A stretch of DNA of 64,000 nucleotides from Eledone cirrhosa (GCA_964016885.1 OZ024741.1:73594001-73658000); one strand, 5' to 3'; positions 1 to 13,490 are shown, counted from the first letter of the stretch. The notes: generated from the letters alone by a model not told the origin. Program-made: numbers and translations.

Positions 1-351
1 GATTGTGGATGTGGCCTGCCCATTCGACACGAGAGTGCAAGAGAAGGAGAGGGAGAAAATTAACCGATACCAGGACTTAAAGTGGGAGGTAAAAAAGATT
101 TGGAACTGCCATGAAGTCAAAGTGGTCCCGATTGTCATAGGCGCACTAGGTACTATCTCAAAACGTTTCCAGGGATGGTTAAAGAAAATTGGCCCCGCCA
201 CGCTTTTTGGAACGCTTCAAAAGGCATGCTTGCTGGGAACAGCAAGAACCCTCCGATACGTCCTGAATATCTGAGGCTGCAGGTAGTGGCTTCATATTCA
301 TTTCAACAAACTTTCCAGTTAACTAACATCAATGACTGAGACTCAAAGAAC

Positions 352-398
<47 letters not shown>
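1..398 (+). mobile_element. R4/Dong-like RLE non-LTR retrotransposon, 3' end with (AAT)n tail
   Basis: ORF 5-274 (DVACPFD...KINRYQDL...GALG...KACLLGTA) is nearly identical to the C-terminus of the 9110-12502 ORF. Same 3' UTR, then (AAT)n. Confidence 0.93.
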
Positions 399-400
<2 letters not shown>

Positions 401-1260
401 GCATTCTAACCATCCTGCGAGCATAACCAAGAACCTGGTAAGAAACGTTTCTTTGAGGCTTTCCCGTCTATCTACAAACGAGCATATTTTCAACGACCAT
501 TCCACATATTACAATGAAGCTCTTGCTCGGAGTGGATTTGTCGATAAGGTAGCTTATACAGAGTACGAGAATAGACATAGGAAAAATAGATCCCGACGCA
601 TTATATGGTATAACCCACCATATTATATGGAGGTGGCCACACCATTAGCTAAGATCTTTCTCTCCCTTATTATGAAGCATTTCCCCCTGCACATAAATAT
701 AGTAAAACTTTTAATAGAAATACCATTAAAATTTCTTACTCTACGACTCCTAACCCTGCACATAACATCACAGCTTCAAATTTAGCTAAATTACCTAGCC
801 GTAGGAACACGTGCGACCCTGTAGCTAGTACTAACTGTAATTGTAGGAATCGGGTTGATTTCCCCTATCCGGGAAATGCCTCTCTAGTAACATTGTCTAC
901 AAATGTAAGGTTGAAATACCCACGTCCCGTAGGGCCTACATAGGGTTAACCGCCAAATGATTCAAGCAGTGTCTTTACATGCATACCCATTCTTTTGTTA
1001 ACCCTTTAAGAAGGAATATGACGTCACTCTCAGGTTATATCTGGAGTCTAAAAGACAACCACAGCCAATATAAGTTACACTGGGAGATCCTAGCTATAGG
1101 CTAGATCGTATAACGGAAATAAAAAACCATGTGACCTCTGCGCCGCAGAGGCCCTGGAAATCCTCTACGCCAAAGACCACATCTTAAACAAAAAATCTGA
1201 GGCAATTTCGGCTTGTAAACATAAATTGCACAAAACTTTCCTGTATTACAACCCCACATT
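399..1260 (+). mobile_element. Degraded Naiad-type Penelope-like element (RT thumb + GIY-YIG)
   Basis: Manual translation across frameshifts: SNHP...RLSRLS...YYNEALARSG...RRIIWYNPPY...CNCRN...NIVYKC...AYIGLT...CDLC...LNKKSE...CKH. Collinear with the 44465-46679 element. Confidence 0.88.
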
Positions 1261-1944
1261 ATACCCTAACGGATAGTACGAACTATACGCGGATATTTTA
1301 TGTCTTGATGTGGTAGCTAAGTATATGTTATGTTTAAACCATTACTTATTCGCATAGGTAAGTATATATTACCTGCATGTTTTGTAAAGGTACGTATACT
1401 TTCTCGTACGTATATTTGCTTGTATATGTTATTGGCGTATATATTATATATACTGGTACATATGCATTTTGTTATGTGTATACGTGAGTTTTGCGCCTGT
1501 GTGAGTATGCAGGTTCGTACGTATGTAGGGTGTGTGTATGTGTGCACTTTGTGTTTTGGTTGACGTACGTCCGGGAACATATGTGTATTTACATGTAGTT
1601 GTGTGTGTACACGCGTTATATACGTATTTATGTGTGTATATTTATATACGTTTATTTAAATATGTATACACGCACACACATACACACACATTTATATGGA
1701 AATATGTTTTTATATATATGTTTATGTGTATTTGGTGTATACGTTCGTATATGTGCGGGTACAGGCGTTGCGTGGGTTCTGCTTGTGCGTGCGTGTTTTT
1801 TCTTGTTGTTTTTTTGTGTGTACGTGCTTGTATTTGCATACCCATGATCGCGTATGCTTGTGTATGTACGTATATGGATGCGTGTATGTATATATTTAAT
1901 TTCAATTACCTCTGTATTTTATTTACTTTACTCTTAACTCTAAA

Positions 1945-2490
1945 GCCGAGAATCATTCGGTTTCCTAAATAGAATTTTAGTCTACGACTTCAGTTATACG
2001 ATTTACGTGGTTTTGTCTTTGTGTGTAATTGTTCTCAAAGTTCAACATAATGACGTATTATCTTCGTTTTTTCCGTTCATTGCCAGAGAACGTCTCCATG
2101 AACCACCTAATAGAATATTAGTCTACGACTTCATTTATACCATAAACGTGGTTTTGTCTTCACTGCATGTAATTGTTTTCACCACACCAAATAATTGTTT
2201 CTACTTTTGGCAGAAGGCTAGCAATTACCCAGTGCATTACTGGTACTTTATTTTATCGACCCCGTAAGGATGAAAGGCAAAGTTAACCTCGGCGCACCAA
2301 ATAATGACCTATTACCTTCGTTTTTTTCCGTTCTTTGCAATGGAATGTTTCCACGAACCAAAGTATGTCTTACTGTCTTCCTTCCGTTGCAACGTTTTTT
2401 GAAATATTTACTTCTGCGTTCACAGATTGACTTTTTAGTTTCAGAAGATCCCGTTAAGGGTGAAAACAGCGATTCTTATCTTAAACTTTA
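1945..2490. repeat. Dispersed repeat; diverged inverted copy at ~40450-40760
   Basis: For example 2385-2475 gttgcaacgttttttgaaatatttacttctgcgttcacagattga...gaagatcccgttaa matches the reverse complement of 40455-40550. Confidence 0.75.
2196..2294 (-). mobile_element. 5'-truncated SINE (Meta/MESC-like central domain) with 11-bp TSD
   Basis: Same family as 34172-34362. Flanked by caccaaataat at 2185-2195 and 2295-2305. Confidence 0.85.
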
Positions 2491-2503
2491 ATCTGTTATT
2501 TTA

Positions 2504-2559
<56 letters not shown>

Positions 2560-2565
<6 letters not shown>

Positions 2566-2799
2566 AAGATTGACTGACTAACGTTGTCACTGGGAAATTC
2601 GAAATTTGAAAATATAGTAGCAACTATACAGATAACTATAGAAGTAGTAATAGAATAATTACCACTGGAGACGGGGAAAATGTGGACAGAGACGCTTGCG
2701 AGAAATCGAACCACTCACCTTTCGAATCCGATCAAGCGGGGACAGTAGTTTACGGCCTTCGGCGTAATGGTTAAATGCGTTAGTTATTGGTGAACCCCA

Positions 2800-2800
<1 letters not shown>
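2560..2800. mobile_element. Possible tRNA-related SINE remnant abutting (TA)n
   Basis: Minus-strand B-box-like ggttcgatttc near 2702-2712 and plus-strand A-box-like ggcgtaatggttaa at 2761-2774. Confidence 0.35.
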
Positions 2801-2849
<49 letters not shown>

Positions 2850-2949
2850 TCTATTCTGTGGCCTAAAGGATCGTACATAGCAAAAATCTCCGAGTAGCGG
2901 CCAAATGAATCATCAGGTTCGAAAAGAATAATCTTGATATGTTTGAATA

Positions 2950-4520
<1,571 letters not shown>

Positions 4521-4699
4521 TTCTGCCTGTATGTTTTCTAGCTAAAGGATTTGTATTTGTTATTTCAGGCCTTCTGCACAGCAGAAAATTTCAATTATTC
4601 ACCATAAAAACATTTTTACAGATTTTTATTTTTGTAGATATATACTTCATCTGAATAAGGTATGAATAAGGTATTATCCATGGGCCCTGAACCCCTTTG

Positions 4700-5400
4700 G
4701 CGTCGCAGAGACACTTTTGTGATATACATTATCTCCCGAGTATCTAAACCTGGCATGGCCCATGACTCACCAATCTAAGCACACCTAATTACTTCACGAG
4801 AAAAAGAAACAGAGCAAGAGATTATGAATGGGAGAATCTAACGACTCTAACTTTCGGCTGCGATAAGGTAACTATAACGGTTTTCCAATAATCAAAATTC
4901 CGCTAAGCACTATGTGGGCTATTACATATCTTGTGATGCTCACTTGGTCCTCTGTCGTTTCCGACGAAGAGTGTTCCAGTTGTTCGAACAAGTTTTACTC
5001 AAATTTTTCACATGTGCAAATAGTCTGTTAAAATCCTTGAACTTCATTTTTGTCCAAGCCCGTTTCTTCTGCATTCGTCCTAACACTTAATCAGCAATCT
5101 TTTGCCATCACCGCTCACACCACTTCCACATTTTGTTCATTTGTTGACGAGATTGTCCTTCCAGAACGAGGTTCATCTTCAACATTTTGTTAACTCTTTT
5201 AGAAATGTTTGTGCTACTTAAAAATGTTACTTTTGAATAGAGCGGCATCTCCATAAGCTTGTGTGAAAAGAATTAAATGTTTCGTAGCAGATTTGTTGAG
5301 TTTCACTCCTGCATCGCAAACGTAACAGAAATTATAAGCACATCTGCACTTAAAATTATATTTTTCTCTATTTTCCCCGGTGAAGTGACCATCACGCATA
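4700..5400 (-). mobile_element. Degenerate mariner transposase remnant
   Basis: VKLNKSATK...QAYGDAAL...IFK*HKHF...EDEPRSGR, a mariner N-terminal HTH pattern with stops and frameshifts. Confidence 0.7.
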
Positions 5401-5674
5401 ATTCTGTATAGAGCTTAGTCTATGTCATGCCACTGCGTTCTGAGTGAGTGAAACTGATGAAAGATGAACAAATCTTGAAACAGATGCCTGACATTTTCAG
5501 AACGGGCTGGCAACTCGGTGATATATTCATCGAGTAAAATAGAGAAAAATATAATTTTTATTCGTTTTCTTTGGTTGCGAGAAAATTGTATTTTTCTTCG
5601 GCAGCGAGGCTACCCATATGTCCATTGTATTTGAGCGTATTATATACGTTTATATATATTTTCATATACACCAC

Positions 5675-5769
<95 letters not shown>

Positions 5770-5773
<4 letters not shown>

Positions 5774-7175
5774 AAAGTTAAATAAAAAGTCAAATGTTTA
5801 AAATTTAGCTTCGTTTATTACTGCTATATATATTTCAGTGACAGCCATCTTTGGCTGTGCCCTCTTCAGGCAGTTTGAATTAGTATGGTATAGACAAGTA
5901 CATATGTTGTTGAGGTGTATAATATTGTCAATACTCTGATATGCCCAGTTCCTGGTTGGGTTGTTATTTCACTGAGGAACTGGAATCATATGAATTCAAA
6001 CAAACGAATTTCAGTGTCAAAGGGCCTCTTCTCCTCTCATTGGTCAGTTATTAAAACATTCCTCATTCTAAGTGTTGTTATTGTTGGAGTTAGCTTAAAA
6101 AATTGATAAAATGGTAGAAAGGACAAGGTGTTAAAGGAACAAAATAACAAAAAAAGTGTCAAACTTCCCATTGGTCAGTTCTGAGAGCATTCCTCAGTCA
6201 GAAGTCTATAGAATTCTTTCTGGGGTGAGGTTACCTGTAGTGTTTGTGTTTGCTATTGTTAAGTACATTTGACCTCTACCATTATTTTGGTAGTGTTGTT
6301 GGTGTTGTGGTCAGCTTATGTCTTGCTGCTGCTAACAATTTAGAAGTATCCAGTGTGTGTTTTTTCTTCATCCCTCCTGCCACCATCTCTCATAGTGGTG
6401 TGGGGGGGAAGGGGGTTATTCCATGTATATAAAGAAATATAAGGCAATAAATGAAGAAAACAGAAAATAAATAATATAATAAAATAATTAATATAATTTG
6501 TATAATTTGAAAATAAATAAATAGAGAATAAAGAATAAAGAATAAATGAAAAATTGGTAATGAATATGGAGAAGTGAAAAATAATGTAGGATAAAGTGTG
6601 TGTGTTCTATAACCAATCTCAAGGTCAGAAATATGTTGGATAGATTGGTATGAGGACAAGATGTTAAAATAAGATAATCAAACTAAATGTGTTTGTGTTA
6701 TAATCTATCTCAACTTAAAAATAAATATAAGGTGATACAGTGAAGAGGGCAGAAAACAAATAACAAATTAATAAAGAGAAATCAAGATTTAAAATTGGAA
6801 CTTGAAAATCAAAAATGTAGTAAATTAAAAAGTGTTTGTGTTATATAGATGTTGGCCAAATTATAATGGCTGTGTCCGATTCAATCTCTAGGCTATCATG
6901 GTGTCTGCTCAGCCTGGGTTGTTTCCTATGGCTTGAGGGGAGTTCACAACCTAGGGTGTTGTTACTGCCCATATAGCTTGAAGGAGGTCTGGCCGAGAGG
7001 TGTTTCCTTGTTCTGTAGAATCCCTATAGCTTGAGGGGAGTTCACATCTTCTTGTGTTGCTACTGTCCATGTATCTTGAGAAAGGTCCCGAAGAAGTCGG
7101 TTCTGCGCACTTCGTCGAGTGCTCCAGGCTGCATACTAAGGTGTTGGTATACAATCAACATAAACTCAAAATCTC
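5770..7175 (-). mobile_element. Non-coding hammerhead-bearing element in (TA)n; related to 22975-24300
   Basis: Hammerhead + AATAAA at the left end. 5938-6060 resembles 23142-23270, and 7105-7170 resembles 24230-24292. Confidence 0.6.
5820..5874 (-). ncRNA. Type I hammerhead ribozyme
   Basis: actgc-CTGAAGA-(acagcca/tggctgt stem II)-GAAA-tatatata-gcagt, followed by AATAAA. Confidence 0.75.
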
Positions 7176-7181
7176 TCTCTA

Positions 7182-7212
<31 letters not shown>

Positions 7213-7231
7213 GTAATAAAAATAATAATAA

Positions 7232-7273
7232 TGATTTCATTTATTAGCCACAAGGGCCGACATGTAGGGGACA
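7232..7273 (-). mobile_element. Ultra-short 3' end of a Tx1-like LINE inside (AAT)n
   Basis: tgatttcatttattagccacaaggg matches the Tx1 3' termini at 13491 and 20791. Confidence 0.6.
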
Positions 7274-7278
7274 ATAAT

Positions 7279-7334
<56 letters not shown>

Positions 7335-7335
<1 letters not shown>

Positions 7336-7638
7336 TGGCCTGCCCATTCGACACGAGAGTGCAAGAGAAGGAGAGGGAGAAAATTAGCCGATACCAGGAC
7401 TTAAAGTGGGAGGTAAAAAGGATTTGGAACTGCCATGATTGTCATAGGCGCACTAGGTACTATCTCAAAAAGTTTCCAGGGATGGTTAAAGAAAATTGGC
7501 CCCGCTACGCTTTTTGGAACGCTTCAAAAGGCATGCTTGCTGGGAACAGCAAGAACCCTCCGATACGTCCTGAAAATCTGAGGCTGCAGGTAGTGGCTTG
7601 ATATTCATTACAACTAACATCAATGACTGAGACTCAAA

Positions 7639-7719
<81 letters not shown>
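7335..7719 (+). mobile_element. 5'-truncated R4/Dong copy between two (AAT)n tracts
   Basis: Near-identical to 1-398, with a small internal deletion near 7438. Confidence 0.92.
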
Positions 7720-7885
7720 GGGAAGAAGACGCACGAGGTGACGGAGGTCATGAAATCGCTCCCGTAAGTTTTGAATTTTTAACATATTTAAATCATTTGT
7801 GAAATAACAACTCTTAGTACAAATGCTACGTAAAGCACCCGGCTTGAGCCCCAAAAAAATTCGGACCCAAAATATATTGTTATAA

Positions 7886-8533
7886 GGCTCAAATATTCAA
7901 ATATTCAACTTTGTATTGTACACTGTATATCCAAAAAAAAATAGCTATAAATGGAAGAAGAAGAACCCCCCCCCCCCCCCTCCTCTCCTCTGGCTACACT
8001 ATATAGGACAGCTAAACTCACCAACACCAGAAACTAGATACACCACCCACCCCATCATCTGTGTACACTAAACACAACAGCATTTTCACCTTCACCGCCA
8101 CCGCTCACTACGGCCATCATTACCACCACTATCCCATCACCGCCGCCACCACCCCTTGACTCCTTCACTGCTGCTGCCACCGCTACAGCACCATCACTAC
8201 AGTAATACGGCTCAAATATTCAAATATTCAACTTTGTATTGTACACTGTATATCCAAAAAAAATAAAATGGCTATAAATGGAAGAAGAAGAACCCCCCCC
8301 CCCCGTCCTCTCCTCTGGCTACACTATATAGGACAGCGAAACTCACCAACACCAGAAACTAGATACACCACCCACCCCATCATCTGTGTACACTAAACAC
8401 AACAGCATTTTCACCTTCACCGCCACCGCTCACTACGGCCATCATTACCACCACTATCCCATCACCGCCGCCACCACCCCTTGACTCCTTCACTGCTGCT
8501 GCCACCGCTACAGCACCATCACTACAGTAATAC
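7886..8533 (+). repeat. ~325-bp direct tandem duplication
   Basis: ggctcaaatattcaaatattc...cagtaatac is repeated at 7886-8208 and 8209-8533. Confidence 0.92.
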
Positions 8534-8929
8534 GGTCGCATCACCGCCACCACTGCCTCGGTATCGACATCACCACCACCACTGTCTCAGTATCGCCAAC
8601 GCCGCCAGTCTCTGCTGGCTGCCACTTCCACATTATAGAATTCCTACTACTAACAAAGAGGAAGGCATCAAAATATATAGATAGACTCAAAAGAAAAAAG
8701 AAAAAACAAACAACAAAAGCAGCACAGCAACAACAGCAAAAAAACGAGAAAAACAAACAGAGAAAAACAAAAACAAAAAAAGACACCCCAAAAACGTAAA
8801 GAAAATAAGAATGAAGAGAGAAGCAGGCGGACGGACAGAGAAGAGGGGGGAAAAAGTAAAACTTAAAAAACAAAAACTAAGTCAGACATTCGAATACTAC
8901 ATTACAATGAAACTTATGCTTATTCATTT

Positions 8930-11900
8930 TTGGGGCCCTTTCTGCCCGTGTGTTTGTTTGTTTATGTGTGTCCGTATACAGCGTGGTGATAATGCCACAC
9001 AAGGGCCAAGTGGGATGGCGGAGCCACAGATGGCTATGTAAACATACATTCGCCAATCCTCGATAAGAGTGTTTAAATATCGAACATAAACAGTTCGAAT
9101 AACGGTGAAATGGAGACTAGAACGTCATGTGACAGACTCTCACCCAACAGGTGCCCCCTGGCTCAGCAGCAGGAACCTGACTGTCAACCAAATACTGCTG
9201 ATGTTGGAGGAAGAAGAAGAAGGAAAGGGGCCAGAACCAACTGGACGAAAGAATTGAATAGAACTGTTATGCAATGCTACCTGAAAAGTAACCCCAAGGA
9301 GAGGGGCTACAGGAGACGGATGCATAACATCTGGAACGAGATTGGTTTATTTAAATTAGATGAACAAAAATTGGCCGGGCAGGCTCGGGTAATAAGAACT
9401 AATGGGTGGATAAGCGAGCTGGAACTGGAGGAACTGAGCAGAGAGAATGGCTTGGAGATGGCGGGTGTAGTATGCCAGACAAGCGAGCCGGCGGGAAATG
9501 AAGGTGAGGAGGTCCTGAGAACGGAGGAACCACCCGAAGCAGACAATGATCTGAATACTGAGATAAATAATACCTGGAACAGAGATACGGCCACTGAGGA
9601 GATGAATGCTGACGGGCTAGGACAAGATTCGGTTGACATCCTAAATTTAGTGGTAGATGAGTTGAACAATGATAGTGGGAGACCTATGAACCTAAGATTT
9701 GTAGACAGGAAAAAGTTAAAAGAAACAACAGCTAAGGTAAACAAAGTCATCCCATACCTTGAGGCGAGGAGTCTTCACCAGTGCAACAATATCCTCAAAG
9801 CAACAGCAAATACGGTGAGGAAACTACTTGGTATAAAAGCGAGAGGAAACAACAGACAAGAAAGAGCAGAGCCGTGGTGGAAGAAGCGACTGAGTGGGCA
9901 AATCGAGGAAATGAGAAATGACATAGGAAAGCTTGAGTCACTACTGAATGGGACACTAAAAAACATAGGCACTAAAAATAGACTGGAAATAAAATACAAA
10001 ACTAGGAGTAAAAAGCTAAATATTATCATAGAGGAATTGAAGCAACGCATTGTAGCAAAGAGTGCCAAAATCAGGCGATACGAGAACAGAGTCAGTCAGT
10101 ATAAACAGAACCGCATGTTCGACAACAACCAGAAGATGCTGTTTGGACAGCTTGAGGGGAAAGAAAGAGGCAACGACTTGATCCCTGGGGCGGAACAAGC
10201 TAAAACATTCTGGAGAGGAATATGGGAGCAGGATGTTAGACACAATGCCCAGGCAGGGTGGATTGAGACAGTACAGAGGGAGATCGGTGAGCAGGCACAG
10301 CAACAGACTGATTTGAGTATCACAGTTGAAACTCTTAAGGGGCAAGCCAAAAAACTAACCAACTGGAAATCACCAGGCCCAGATGGTGTGCAGGGGTATT
10401 GGATTAAATATTTAACATCCCTCCACCCGAAGCTGACGGCCATGTTCAGTGACTGCTTGGTGTCGGGTGAGGTGCCAGAGTGGTTGACAAAAGGTACCAC
10501 AGTTCTGATAATGAAAGACCGAATCAAGGGTAATGATGTTACCAACTATAGACCTATCACATGTCTGCCCGTAATGTGGAAACTGTTGACGAGCATTGTG
10601 TCTGAGGAAATCTACCATCACCTCCACACAAACAACTTGTTGCCGGACGAACAGAAAGGATGCCGAAAGAAGTCACGTGGTACAAAGGACCAGTTGCTTA
10701 TTGATAAGATGGTAATGGGGAATTGCAGGAGGAGACACACTGATCTTGCCATGGGATGGATAGACTACAGAAAGGCATTTGACATGGTGCCTCATTCCTG
10801 GATCACCAAAAGCCTGGAGATCTTCAGGGTGGCAGATAACATCAGACAGTTGCTGGGCAGGAGTATGGGGTCCTGGGAGACAGAGTTGACATCAACTGGA
10901 GTATCCTTGGGAAGCGTGAAGATCAAGAGAGGTATCTTCCAGGGAGATAGCCTGTCCCCTCTGTTGTTTGTCCTTGCCCTGATGCCCTTGACCATTATGC
11001 TGCGAAAAGTGAGAGCAGGATACAAGTTGGGAAGGGGAGAGCTTACCATCAATCACCTCCTCTTCATGGACGATCTTAAGCTCTTCGGGAAAAGTGAGAA
11101 GGAGTTGGATGTGCTTGTTGACACTGTCCGTATTTTCAGCAGTGATATATGTATGCAGTTTGGTATTGGTAAATGTGGAGTCATTGTGATGAGGAGGGGT
11201 AGGTTGAGCAGAAGTAACGGGATCCAGATACCAACAGGTGAGATGATAAAGGAAATTGACTCTGAGGAAGGATACAAGTATTTGGGCGTTCTGGAGGCTG
11301 ATGGCATAAAGAACAAAAAAATGAAGGAATTGTTAAGAACTGAATACATTCGGAGAGTAAGGAGCGTATTGAAGTCACATCTGAACAGCAGAAATGCCAT
11401 AAGCGCAGTAAATTCCCGAGCTGTGTCTATTATTAGGTACAGTGCGGGAATTCTGAGATGGAATGTTGCTGAACAAAAAGAAATGGATAGGAAGACTAGG
11501 AAGCTATTGACTATCTACAACATGTTCCACAAGAGGAGTGATGTCGATAGACTCTACCTAAGGAGATCTGAGGGTGGAAGAGGTCTTATCAGCATAGAGG
11601 ACTGTGTTCAGATGGAGAAAAACAACCTATACAAATACGTGACCTATAGTAAGGAGCCAATGCTCAGAGCTGTACTGAAGGAGGGGACAGTAGGCCAGGG
11701 GATATCCAAGGAGGAAATAACATCAAGGAGGAAGAGCAGCCTTAAGGGAAAATCCCTTCATAGTACCTTCTTTGAGAAAACTGAATTTAGAGATCCACAG
11801 ACATGGAACTGGTTGAGAAGAGGAGACCTCAAAAAGGCTACAGAAGGAATGCTAATGGCTGCGCAGGAGCAGGCCCTCAAAACGAAGTGGTTGAAGCACC

Positions 11901-12610
11901 ATATCTACAAGGAGGAGGCTAGCCCACTGTGCAGGATCTGTGGAGAGAGAGAGGAGACTGTGGCTCACATTGTGTCCGAGTGTAAACACCTAGCCCCGAC
12001 CCACTATAAGGGCTGGAGACACGATGTGATGGGCAGGGTGATCCACTGGCACCTGTGCAAAGTAAACAATCTACCACATTCTGAGAAATGGTATGAGCAT
12101 AGGCCAGAGGCGGTGATGGAGAACAGTCAGGTGAAGGTGCTGTGGGATTTTAGGATACAGACGGACAAAAAACTGGAACACAATAGACCTGACCTGGTGG
12201 TTGTGGACAAAGAAAAAAGATCGTGCCTGATTGTGGATGTGGCCTGCCCGTTCGACACGAGAGTGCAAGAAAAGGAGAGGGAGAAAATTAACCGATACCA
12301 GGACCTAAAGTGGGAGGTGAAAAGGATTTGGAACTGCCATGAAGTCAAAGTGATCCCGATTGTCATAGGCGCACTGGGGACTATCTCCAAAGGTTTCCAG
12401 GGATGGTTAAAGAAAATCGGCCCCTTCACGCTTTTTGGAACGCTTCAAAAGGCATGCTTGCTTGGAACGGCAAGAACCCTCCGATACGTCCTGAATATCT
12501 GAGGCTGCAGGTAGTGGCTTGATATTCAATCCAACGGACTTTCCAGTTAACCAACATCAATGACTGAGATTCAAGGAATAACAATAACAATAATAATAAT
12601 AATAATAAAA
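8930..12610 (+). mobile_element. Apparently full-length R4/Dong-clade non-LTR retrotransposon (5' boundary approximate)
   Basis: Single intact ORF, structured 5' leader, ~75-nt 3' UTR and (AAT)n tail. Dong-type R4 elements are known to target TAA repeats. Confidence 0.9.
9110..12502 (+). CDS. RT / CCHC zinc finger / restriction-like endonuclease polyprotein, 1130 aa
   Basis: KSPGPDG, YRPITCL, DYRKAFD, GIFQGDSLSP, FMDD, YKYLG, CRICGEREETVAHIVSEC, RHD, RPD...DVACPFD...KINRY. No interruptions. Confidence 0.96.
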   Translation: METRTSCDRLSPNRCPLAQQQEPDCQPNTADVGGRRRRKGARTNWTKELNRTVMQCYLKSNPKERGYRRRMHNIWNEIGLFKLDEQKLAGQARVIRTNGWISELELEELSRENGLEMAGVVCQTSEPAGNEGEEVLRTEEPPEADNDLNTEINNTWNRDTATEEMNADGLGQDSVDILNLVVDELNNDSGRPMNLRFVDRKKLKETTAKVNKVIPYLEARSLHQCNNILKATANTVRKLLGIKARGNNRQERAEPWWKKRLSGQIEEMRNDIGKLESLLNGTLKNIGTKNRLEIKYKTRSKKLNIIIEELKQRIVAKSAKIRRYENRVSQYKQNRMFDNNQKMLFGQLEGKERGNDLIPGAEQAKTFWRGIWEQDVRHNAQAGWIETVQREIGEQAQQQTDLSITVETLKGQAKKLTNWKSPGPDGVQGYWIKYLTSLHPKLTAMFSDCLVSGEVPEWLTKGTTVLIMKDRIKGNDVTNYRPITCLPVMWKLLTSIVSEEIYHHLHTNNLLPDEQKGCRKKSRGTKDQLLIDKMVMGNCRRRHTDLAMGWIDYRKAFDMVPHSWITKSLEIFRVADNIRQLLGRSMGSWETELTSTGVSLGSVKIKRGIFQGDSLSPLLFVLALMPLTIMLRKVRAGYKLGRGELTINHLLFMDDLKLFGKSEKELDVLVDTVRIFSSDICMQFGIGKCGVIVMRRGRLSRSNGIQIPTGEMIKEIDSEEGYKYLGVLEADGIKNKKMKELLRTEYIRRVRSVLKSHLNSRNAISAVNSRAVSIIRYSAGILRWNVAEQKEMDRKTRKLLTIYNMFHKRSDVDRLYLRRSEGGRGLISIEDCVQMEKNNLYKYVTYSKEPMLRAVLKEGTVGQGISKEEITSRRKSSLKGKSLHSTFFEKTEFRDPQTWNWLRRGDLKKATEGMLMAAQEQALKTKWLKHHIYKEEASPLCRICGEREETVAHIVSECKHLAPTHYKGWRHDVMGRVIHWHLCKVNNLPHSEKWYEHRPEAVMENSQVKVLWDFRIQTDKKLEHNRPDLVVVDKEKRSCLIVDVACPFDTRVQEKEREKINRYQDLKWEVKRIWNCHEVKVIPIVIGALGTISKGFQGWLKKIGPFTLFGTLQKACLLGTARTLRYVLNI

Positions 12611-13446
12611 CCCCTTCATAGTACCTTCTTTGAGAAAACTGAATTTAGAGATCCACAGACATGGAACTGGTTGAGAAGCGGAGACCTCAAAAAGGCTACA
12701 GAAGGAATGCTAATGGCTGCGCAGGAGCAGGCCCTCAAAACGAAGTGGTTGAAGCACCATATCTACAAGGAGGAGGCCAGCCCACTGTGCAGGATCTGTG
12801 GAGAGAGAGAGGAGACTGTGGCTCACATTGTGTCCGAGTGTAAACACCTAGCCCAGACCCACTATAAGGGCTGGAGACACGATGTGATGGGCAGGGTGAT
12901 CCACTGGCACCTGTGCAAAGTAAACAATCTACCACATTCTGAGAAATGGTATGAGCATAGGCCAGAGGCGGTGATGGAGAACAATCAGGTGAAGGTGCTG
13001 TGGGATTTTAGGATACAGACGGACAAAAAACTGGAACACAATAGACCTGACTTGGTGGTTGTGGACAAAGAAAAAAGATCGTGCCTGATTGTGGATGTGG
13101 CCTGCCCGTTCGACACGAGAGTGCAAGAGAAGGAGAGGGAGAAAATTAACCGATACCAGGACCTAAAGTGGGAGGTGAAAAGGATTTGGAACTGCCATGA
13201 AGTCAAAGTGATCCCGATCGTCATAGGCGCACTGGGGACTATCTCCAAAAGTTTCCAGGGATGGTTAAAGAAAATCGGCCCCTTCACGCTTTTTGGAACG
13301 CTTCAAAAGGCATGCTTGCTTGGAACAGCAAGAACCCTCCGATACGTCCTGAATATCTGAGGCTGCAGGTAGTGGCTTGATATTCAATCCAACGGACTTT
13401 CCAGTTAACCAACATCAATGACTGAGATTCAAGGAATAACAATAAC

Positions 13447-13490
<44 letters not shown>
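12611..13490 (+). mobile_element. 5'-truncated tandem R4/Dong copy
   Basis: Near-identical to 11754-12610. It begins at the (AAT)n tail of the full copy and ends in its own (AAT)n tail. Confidence 0.95.

Noticed and set aside
9307-12429. Antisense ORFs within the Dong and Tx1 coding regions
   Set aside because: They are shadow frames of the real ORFs with no independent motifs.
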